A stretch of 64,000 nucleotides of DNA. Source: Candidatus Latescibacterota bacterium. GTDB taxonomy: Bacteria > Latescibacterota > UBA2968 > UBA8231. The position numbers were made by a program, and so were the translations under genes. The notes below the pieces were generated by a model that was not told where the DNA came from, made no database searches, and saw only the letters and a program-made list of their open reading frames with translations. Shown here in pieces: positions 57,166 through 64,000 of this stretch. The stretch is from NCBI GenBank assembly GCA_965204725.1, contig OZ242005.1, forward strand, positions 4,512,001-4,576,000, given 5' to 3'. The first letter of the stretch is position 1; every line of letters starts with the position of its first letter.

Positions 57166-58503
57166 TCATCGAGGTTCGAGGCGATCAATGCGCCCCTCCT
57201 GAAAATCTACTTCCAGCCAAGGATCGGCCGTGTCGCGGCGGAACTGGTAGAGTTGGGTACGCATCTGGGCGGCCACCTCCTGCAAGTGGGGATCGTCAAT
57301 CCGGTTGACGCTTTCGGTGGGATCGGCCTCCAGATCGTATAACTCCTCGGGAGCACGCACGAGAAGGTGGCGGATGGGACGCTCGCCCATAGCGGGAATC
57401 GCGTCGCGTCGCACGGCCGTCCAAGTGGCCGAGCGGAATAGGTCTGTGGGCAACAGGGTCGTGAGACCAGCGGCCAAGTTGCGCACGAATTTATAGCGCT
57501 GTCCGCGCAGCACCCGGTAGGGATTGTAGTCAACCACCTCGTGAAAGCAATGCGAAAAGAACGTGTGATCCCAGTCGGGGACGGACGGATCGGCTAGGCC
57601 CGGCAGGAGGGAGCGGCCGGGCAAGTCCGCGGGGGCCGGTACGCCGCACCACTCGTGCAAGGTGGGGCGGATATCGGTCCAACTGACGAGGGACTGACTG
57701 CGAGTGCCGGGGGCCGTGATGCCCGGTGCCCGCAGGATAAAGGGGCAGTGGTGCCCGCTGTCGAAGAAGGATGCCTTGGCCCCGGGGAAAGGCATGGCGT
57801 GGTCGGTGGTGACGACGACCAAGGTCTCGTCGGCCTGCCCCGACTCTTCCAAGGCGTCGAGCAGACAGCCCACGCCAAAATCGAAGCGGGAGACCGCTTG
57901 ATAGTACTCGGCGAGGTCGGCGCGCACGTCGGGCACATCGGGCAGATAGGGAGGAACCACCACGTCGTCGGGGCGGTACTGGGTTGCGGGCACGTCGGGG
58001 TAGGAACGTTCATTGCCAAAGCCCCGACCTGCGCGATGGGGGTCGAAAAACCCCACGTGCATATAGAACGGCTGGTCGGGATTAGCGGCCCAAAAGTCGC
58101 ACACGGCGCGGGCTAGTTCAACGCCGTTTCTGGCATCGACTTGAGGCTCAAAGTCAAAGGGGTACACGCTGGGCGGTTCGACGTGCTTTTTGCCGATGCA
58201 GGCCGTGGCGTACCCATGCTCCTTGAGGCTGGAGGGCGTGGAGGTAATATGGGGGTGCGTGGAGAAGCCGTGAATGCCGTGGCAGTGGCCGTACTGGCCG
58301 TGGGTGTGGCTGTGGTATCCCGTGAGGATGCAGGCGCGGCTGACCGCGCAGGAAGGACTCGTGCAGAAGGCTTGGTCGAAGGTCGCGCTCTGGCGGGCAA
58401 ACGAGTCAATGCGGGGCGTGTGGACGACGCTGTTGCCGTAGCAGCCGGCGATGCGGCTCCAGTCGTCGGCGATGAGGAATAGGACGTTGCGTTGGGCGGT
58501 CAT
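57166..58503 (-). CDS. sulfatase (sulfamidase/N-sulfoglucosamine sulfohydrolase-like)
   Basis: NVLFLIADD, CAVSRACILTG, GKKHV, DPHR, TDHAMPFPGAK. Confidence 0.88.
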   Translation of the reverse strand: MTAQRNVLFLIADDWSRIAGCYGNSVVHTPRIDSFARQSATFDQAFCTSPSCAVSRACILTGYHSHTHGQYGHCHGIHGFSTHPHITSTPSSLKEHGYATACIGKKHVEPPSVYPFDFEPQVDARNGVELARAVCDFWAANPDQPFYMHVGFFDPHRAGRGFGNERSYPDVPATQYRPDDVVVPPYLPDVPDVRADLAEYYQAVSRFDFGVGCLLDALEESGQADETLVVVTTDHAMPFPGAKASFFDSGHHCPFILRAPGITAPGTRSQSLVSWTDIRPTLHEWCGVPAPADLPGRSLLPGLADPSVPDWDHTFFSHCFHEVVDYNPYRVLRGQRYKFVRNLAAGLTTLLPTDLFRSATWTAVRRDAIPAMGERPIRHLLVRAPEELYDLEADPTESVNRIDDPHLQEVAAQMRTQLYQFRRDTADPWLEVDFQEGRIDRLEPR

Positions 58504-58509
58504 GCGCAA

Positions 58510-58914
58510 TCAGACGTGCCGCTCGCCGTACGAGACCTCGCACGCCTCGTCGGCGCATTCGACCCGGCCGAACCGATGCCGATTGCGGGCGACTAAGGCG
58601 TAGCCGGCGCGAAAGAGTTGCTTCAGCCCCGGAATGCGGTACACCCCGGCGAACCGATGCCACGGCGGAAGCTGGCGATAGATCTGGTACACGGCATCCG
58701 CCCCGACATCAATCTGCCCACTAGCCTGAATGAGGCGCAGGCCGGTGTTAAAGTCGGAATGGGAAAGGACCGGGAACCGCTCTTCAATGCCGGTCGTTTG
58801 GCGCGGCAGGTACTCGAAGCGGCCGGTGCGGTCAAAGCGGCGAATGCGGCCGACGCTCCACAGGCAGAAGCGGCATTCGCCGTCGTACACGATTACAGGA
58901 CGAGATTCGCTCAT
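58510..58914 (-). CDS. DCC1-like thiol-disulfide oxidoreductase (DUF393)
   Basis: YDGECRFC, YALVARNRHRF. Confidence 0.88.
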   Translation of the reverse strand: MSESRPVIVYDGECRFCLWSVGRIRRFDRTGRFEYLPRQTTGIEERFPVLSHSDFNTGLRLIQASGQIDVGADAVYQIYRQLPPWHRFAGVYRIPGLKQLFRAGYALVARNRHRFGRVECADEACEVSYGERHV

Positions 58915-58958
58915 TTTGAGATGCCCTCTGCATTGCAAGTGTTATGATTATACCCTTA

Positions 58959-59747
58959 TTACCCGCCACCCGCCACCTCAGCGCGCCGTCGCCGGACCAT
59001 GCGCAGCACCCAATAGGCTCCCAAGGCCCCGAGCAGGTGCTTGCAAGTATGACCGCTCACCAATCCTCCGGCCGCATAGAGGGCTTGGTCAAACACCTCG
59101 GCGGCTTTTGCGAGCAGATAAAACAGGCTGGCGACGTAGATATGGGACCCATGCGTGTATGGCGACGGCAGCAGGCGAACCATGAGGGGCACGAATAGAA
59201 TCGGGTAGGCTTGGGCGACGATGTAATACCGGAGGTCTCCGGCACCGGCCCGCTCGGTATAGTGCCAGTACAACACGCTGAAAAGGCCGAAGGCGATCAG
59301 CGGCAGCAAGGTGATGATGCCAGCGCGTCGATCGAGACGCTCGGCGATTGCCGTAGCGAGAAACGCCATAAAAGCAATGCTCATCGGCAGGCGATCCCAC
59401 AGGAGCGTTTCGTTGCTGGGCGCTAGGTGATAGTAGGTGGAGCCGAGGCCGACCAGTGCCACCGCGAGGAAGAGGATCTGATACGCGAGCGAATCGACCG
59501 GACGCACAAACGCCTGCTGCGCGGGATCGGTGGCGAGACGGAACACGACGCGGAATCCCCACAACCCGACCAACAGAAAGGGCAGGTTGGAAATCACGTT
59601 CAAGCAATGGGGGACGCCCAACAGGGTGCGCTGATCGGCGAACTGGTGATAGGCCGGGTCTTGCGGAATGGGAGCCTGTAGGAAGACGACCGCCCAGAAG
59701 ACGACCGTCAGGTAAGCAATTAGCCGGAGGCGGTGATCGCGCTTCAT
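58959..59747 (-). CDS. alkaline ceramidase-like membrane protein
   Basis: YHQFADQR, NVISNLPF, GSTYYH, WDRLPM, SGHTCKHL. Confidence 0.85.
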   Translation of the reverse strand: MKRDHRLRLIAYLTVVFWAVVFLQAPIPQDPAYHQFADQRTLLGVPHCLNVISNLPFLLVGLWGFRVVFRLATDPAQQAFVRPVDSLAYQILFLAVALVGLGSTYYHLAPSNETLLWDRLPMSIAFMAFLATAIAERLDRRAGIITLLPLIAFGLFSVLYWHYTERAGAGDLRYYIVAQAYPILFVPLMVRLLPSPYTHGSHIYVASLFYLLAKAAEVFDQALYAAGGLVSGHTCKHLLGALGAYWVLRMVRRRRAEVAGGG

Positions 59748-59760
59748 AGAACAGCCTATC

Positions 59761-60765
59761 TCAGGCGACTCGATAGCACTCGACCACGTCCATATCAACC
59801 TTAATCCCCAACCCCGGCCCTGTGGGCACGGCAAAGTGCCCCTGCTCCAGCACCAACCCCTCGGCCAATACATCGGCCTCCCGCGTAAAAGGCAACTCGT
59901 CGCAGGGCAATGTGGCGTTGGGCAGCGTCGCCTGTAGATGCACTGAGTACGCCGCCATCACCCCGGTACACAACCCGCCCATCTGGACCCAGCAGGGCAC
60001 GTCCGCAGCATCCGCCAGTGCGGCCGCCTTCCGCACTTGCAGTGCCGGGCCGCTCAAGTTCACGTAGTCAATGCACTCGGCCTTGAGTGCCGCCAGTACG
60101 CCGGATGGCGACCCCAAGTGTAGGGCGATGGGGATGTGGGTCTTCTCGCGCAGGATGCGGTACCATTCGAGGTTGTTTTTGAGGATGGGATCTTCAAAAA
60201 CCGATACCGTGCCAAAAGGCTCCAATTCGCTCGCCAAGCACGCGGCTGTGGGCAGCAGGGCGAATCCGGTATTGGGATCGACGCCGACCGTGTAGTCGGC
60301 CCCGGCCGCTTCTTTCATCAGCCGCACGGTCTCGACGATATTCCACGAGCGCGCCTTGAGTTTGTGATTGCTAAAGCCCAGCCCGGCCCCTATTTCCGCT
60401 TCGGCCGCGGTCTCTGCTGGCGTCATGGGGCACGACCAGTACGACACCGGCACCTTGTCGCGCACCTTCGCCCCAAAGAAGCGGTGCAACGGAATGCCGT
60501 AGGCTTGGCCGGCAATGTCGAGCAGGGCACAAGTGAACGCATCGGAACGGTCGTACGGATCCAAGTCCAGCGGATCCTGCCCCACGAGCGCGTCGGCCTG
60601 CTCTTGACCGACCGACTTTTTGTCGATGAACTCGCCCCAGCCCTCCAAGCCCTCGTCCGTCTGGACGCGACAGAGCGTGATGTCGTAGATCTTGGGATGG
60701 TAGCGGGCAATCGGCGGGATCGGCGGGATCTCGACTTCGTACAACTCTACTTGGGTGATTTTCAC
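59761..60765 (-). CDS. mandelate racemase/muconate lactonizing enzyme family protein
   Basis: RVQTDEGLEGWGE, KLKA, VDPN, FEDP, PTGPGLG. Confidence 0.9.
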   Translation of the reverse strand: MKITQVELYEVEIPPIPPIARYHPKIYDITLCRVQTDEGLEGWGEFIDKKSVGQEQADALVGQDPLDLDPYDRSDAFTCALLDIAGQAYGIPLHRFFGAKVRDKVPVSYWSCPMTPAETAAEAEIGAGLGFSNHKLKARSWNIVETVRLMKEAAGADYTVGVDPNTGFALLPTAACLASELEPFGTVSVFEDPILKNNLEWYRILREKTHIPIALHLGSPSGVLAALKAECIDYVNLSGPALQVRKAAALADAADVPCWVQMGGLCTGVMAAYSVHLQATLPNATLPCDELPFTREADVLAEGLVLEQGHFAVPTGPGLGIKVDMDVVECYRVA

Positions 60766-60887
60766 AGGGGACCTCCTCGGCCATAAGGTTGCCGTTGCGC
60801 GTCGTCTGTCGAAAGGCTACAATGATACCAAATTGCCGGGTAATCACAAAGGGATCGGCCGATTCCTTTACGAAGAATGGAGAATGT

Positions 60888-61700
60888 ATGCGACTCAAAC
60901 TAGCGTGCGCTGACTTCACCTTTCCCATCTTGCCGCACGAGCAAGTGCTGCAACTCATCTCCATGCTGGGACTGAAGGGCGTGGATATTGGGCTTTTTGA
61001 GGATCGCTCGCACTTGCGGCCTTCCACTGAGTTCAAAAACGTCCAGCGCTCCGGGCGCGCCTTGGGGCAGAAGCTGGCGGACAACGGCCTAGTGGCCGCC
61101 GACCTGTTCCTGCAACTGGCCCTCGACTACGAGTCTAACGCGGTCAACCACCCCCAGCCCGAGCGCCGTGGCCATGCGCGTGACGCCTTCCTCAAGGTGC
61201 TTGACTACGCGGCCGAGTGCCACGGCCAGCACGTCACCGGCCTGCCCGGCGTCTTCTTCGACCACGAGCCAAAGCCCGATTCTACGGCCCGCGCGGCCGA
61301 GGAGCTAGCGTGGCGAGTGGAGCAGGCGCAGGCGCGCGACATCGTCTTCGCCATCGAACCGCACATCGGCTCGCTCGCCAACTCCCCCGAGCGCGCCATC
61401 GCGCTGGTACAAGCTGTCCCGGGGCTGACCCTGACGCTCGACTACGGGCACTTCGTCCCACGCGGCTTTGCGGCCGCCGAGGTCGAGCCGCTGCTTCAGC
61501 ACGCCACTCACTTCCACGTGCGCGGCGTCAACAGCCACAGCGGATCGGCCTCCTTGGCGGACAACGAGCTCGACTGGCAGCGCATTCTCAACATCATGGA
61601 GCAAACGGGATACAACGGCTGGCTTGAGTTGGAGTTCGGGGGCAACAACCTCACCAACACCGTCGAGTTCCGCGACTACTTGCGTACGCTCATGGCCTAA
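60888..61700 (+). CDS. sugar phosphate isomerase/epimerase (TIM barrel)
   Basis: AIEPH, TLDYGH, HFHVR, YNGWLELE. Confidence 0.85.
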   Translation: MRLKLACADFTFPILPHEQVLQLISMLGLKGVDIGLFEDRSHLRPSTEFKNVQRSGRALGQKLADNGLVAADLFLQLALDYESNAVNHPQPERRGHARDAFLKVLDYAAECHGQHVTGLPGVFFDHEPKPDSTARAAEELAWRVEQAQARDIVFAIEPHIGSLANSPERAIALVQAVPGLTLTLDYGHFVPRGFAAAEVEPLLQHATHFHVRGVNSHSGSASLADNELDWQRILNIMEQTGYNGWLELEFGGNNLTNTVEFRDYLRTLMA

Positions 61701-61829
61701 CCGCGCCGCGCTAGTGTGCAATGGAGAATTGACCCAAAACCGAGGAACCATCTAGCGAGTCAAGACGTCTTTTGACGAACCGGCTTGACCCCAACCACAC
61801 CACAACTTTTCTAATCCACGGAGTACATC

Positions 61830-62282
61830 ATGCTGACCCAATGCGCCCTCACGCTCACGGCCTTGGCCTTTTTACTAGCCCCGGCCCCCTCCCTCGCCGG
61901 CCCCGTCCCGATAGAAGGCGAAGGTGCCCCAGCCTTGTACGTGGTCAAAGTCCACGCCGATTGGTGTGGCTCCTGCAAGGCCCTAGTGCCAATCCTCGAA
62001 GAAGTCCAAGCCGAGGTAGCCGACCAGCCCGTCCTCTTCGTCGAGTTGGACGTCACCGATTCAACGTTGACCTCCCAAGCCCGCTTGCTCGCCGCGGCCC
62101 TCAACATAGAAGACCACTTCAAGGCCAACAACAAAACCGGCCTCGTCCTGCTCATCAACGCGCAAGACCACACCCTGCTGGAAACGGTTACCAAGCAAAA
62201 CTCCGCCGCTGAGGTCGTCGGCAAAATCGCAACGCACCTCGCCGCCCAAGCTGAGCAGAACGGGTCTGCAACCAGCCCCTAA
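61830..62282 (+). CDS. exported thioredoxin-like protein
   Basis: Signal peptide, HADWCGSCK. Confidence 0.8.
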   Translation: MLTQCALTLTALAFLLAPAPSLAGPVPIEGEGAPALYVVKVHADWCGSCKALVPILEEVQAEVADQPVLFVELDVTDSTLTSQARLLAAALNIEDHFKANNKTGLVLLINAQDHTLLETVTKQNSAAEVVGKIATHLAAQAEQNGSATSP

Positions 62283-62707
62283 CCGCGCAGCCCGCGCTCG
62301 GCCACCAAGGCGTGCAATCGCGCTAAAAACGGGGCAATATCCGGCGGTTGGCTAGCCGCGTTGTGGAGGACGATGTCCGCACCCGTTGCGGCGTGGAACA
62401 CGGTCGCGGCCGGCGACAGGCTGACCTTTTCGACCTCGGCCCACGCCAGCGTCTGCCGACCCAATAGGCCCTCCTCGACGGTCACGCCCTCCGGCCCTAG
62501 CCAGACCAAGCGCCGGTGGAGGCGGTGGACGAAGAAGGCCGCCGCGCAGAACGCCACTATCCCACAGCCGAGTACCGCAAGCCCATACCCGAAGCCGCCG
62601 CGCTGGAAAGCGATGGTGCTCAACACCAACTGGCCAATGCCCAACAGGGCAAAAATTAGACGCTGGCTGGCACCGGGACTGGTGGATAGGTCGAACTGTT
62701 CAGCCAT
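62279..62707 (-). CDS. hypothetical membrane protein
   Basis: Two TM helices followed by a PH-like segment (LAWAEV); directly downstream of the enolase-family gene. Confidence 0.6.
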   Translation of the reverse strand: MAEQFDLSTSPGASQRLIFALLGIGQLVLSTIAFQRGGFGYGLAVLGCGIVAFCAAAFFVHRLHRRLVWLGPEGVTVEEGLLGRQTLAWAEVEKVSLSPAATVFHAATGADIVLHNAASQPPDIAPFLARLHALVAERGLRG

Positions 62708-62710
62708 GGC

Positions 62711-63871
62711 TCAGCGCGGCACGAGCCAGTCCGCGTCTATTTCCATGCCAAAGCCCGGCGCGCCCGAAGGAATCAAGCACCCTTCCTGAGGCACGGCCGT
62801 GCCCGGTATCGTAGGTACTTCTTCGAGGGGAATGCCCGGGGGCGAGCCGAGCCAGTATTCGGCCAGCGGCGATTCAGGGAAGGCAAAGGCGAAGTGTTGG
62901 CCGTAGGCGGTGTTGGCGCCGCCGTGGGGGATGGTGACAAGGCCGGCCGCTTCGGCGATGTAGTAGATTTTGACGGCTTCGGAAAGGCCGCCGCACCACT
63001 TGAGATCGGGTTGCAGCACGTCAACGCAGCGGTGCTCAACGAGTTGGCGGAAGGCCTGACGGCCGTGGTGGTCCTCGCCGGTGGCAATGGGTACGTAGGG
63101 AACGGCTCGCTTGAGCGCGACGTGGCCTTCGAGATCGGTGGGAATGAGCGGTTCCTCAATCCAGCGCATCTGGTAGGGCTTGAGCCGCTCGGCCACTTGA
63201 ACGGCGTATTCGACGTTGTAGGACATGACCGCGTTGAGCATCAGCTCGCAGTCTGGGCCGATGGCCTCGCGCGCTTGGGCGACCTTGTCTTCGAGGCGAT
63301 TAAGCCCTTCCTGCCCCTCGCGGTAGTGAACCGGGTTGGTGATCTTGAAGGCACGAAACCCCAGTTCGAGTCCCCAGTCGAGGTCGTCGCCGGTGGCGTA
63401 GAGTTCGATGCGGTCGCGGCAGGGGCCGCCGAGCAGGCGGTACACGGGCTGGCCCAGCAGCTTGCCCTTGAGGTCCCACAGCGCCAGATCGATGCCGCTT
63501 TGGGCAACGGCCGCGCAACCGGCATGACCGAGGCGCTGAGCAGCGCGCCACATCAGGTCGTTGAGAAATTCCGTGGCCAGACAATCGCGGCCCGTCAGCA
63601 GGGGCGCGAAGACTTGCTCGACGATGGCAGCCACCGGCTCGCCAAAGGAGCAGCCGCCCAAGCCCCAAGTGCCGTCCTCGGCCGTGATTTGGACCCATAC
63701 TGGGCCGCCGCCCATGCCCGGCATCTGGCCGGGGAGGCGCGAGAATTCTGGATACTTGTTGATCGGCAACGAGCGCGGCGCACGCTGGTTCCAAGAGGGG
63801 CGGCGGCCCGCTGTTTTGGGCGGGTTGGGCGGAAGCCGGAGGTCAACTACGCGGATGGATTGTATCTGCAC
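62711..63871 (-). CDS. enolase-superfamily sugar-acid dehydratase (L-rhamnonate dehydratase-like)
   Basis: SGIDLALWDLKGK, LLGG, WIEEPL, ATGED, QPDLKWCGG, PGFG. Confidence 0.88.
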   Translation of the reverse strand: MQIQSIRVVDLRLPPNPPKTAGRRPSWNQRAPRSLPINKYPEFSRLPGQMPGMGGGPVWVQITAEDGTWGLGGCSFGEPVAAIVEQVFAPLLTGRDCLATEFLNDLMWRAAQRLGHAGCAAVAQSGIDLALWDLKGKLLGQPVYRLLGGPCRDRIELYATGDDLDWGLELGFRAFKITNPVHYREGQEGLNRLEDKVAQAREAIGPDCELMLNAVMSYNVEYAVQVAERLKPYQMRWIEEPLIPTDLEGHVALKRAVPYVPIATGEDHHGRQAFRQLVEHRCVDVLQPDLKWCGGLSEAVKIYYIAEAAGLVTIPHGGANTAYGQHFAFAFPESPLAEYWLGSPPGIPLEEVPTIPGTAVPQEGCLIPSGAPGFGMEIDADWLVPR

Positions 63872-64000
63872 GTTTAATGCTCCAAGGGGCGGTCGGCAAA
63901 ATCCAACTATTGCCGCAAGGGGGATACATTATATCGCCAGGCATGGGCCGCAGCAAGGTTGACAGCGCGATCAGGCCCTTAAAAGGAGTATTGCAGTTGC

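Overview
GC-rich bacterial chromosome segment. The gene content (sulfatases, three PhyH dioxygenases, Gfo/Idh/MocA oxidoreductases, FN3/L-domain/Kelch/PQQ-repeat proteins, Mrr-type nucleases) resembles host-associated marine heterotrophs such as sponge-symbiont Latescibacterota or Poribacteria, but that is inference only. 1-12 kb is housekeeping: glyQS 3' end, tRNA-Leu(TAG), tig-clpP-clpX-engB-serA-purA-prpB-prpC. Most of the rest is sugar, sugar-acid and sulfate-ester catabolism, interrupted by AT-richer islets. The main feature is a 9.6-kb tandem array (29910-39520, minus strand) of five paralogous genes (U1-U5 in transcription order), each with a signal/anchor, FN3, an Ig-like segment and a PQQ sugar-dehydrogenase beta-propeller. 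It sits between the permease and ATPase genes of a sugar ABC operon and is bounded by a 5-bp direct repeat. The copies are mosaics of each other with hypervariable in-frame loops. Only U5 keeps the putative catalytic His and a cytochrome c domain. U1/U2 are separated by a single in-frame TGA, U2/U3 by a G7 tract, and U3/U4 and U4/U5 by a duplicated promoter-plus-palindrome block. This is a candidate recombination-diversified sugar-binding or pseudoenzyme repertoire. Also present: two integrase-less islets, each carrying a related Mrr-cat nuclease and flanked by duplicated host gene ends; a third canonical mrr; two decayed toxin-antitoxin loci; and two PhyH-like enzymes lacking the HxD carboxylate. 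All product calls come from motif recognition by eye; no database searches were run.
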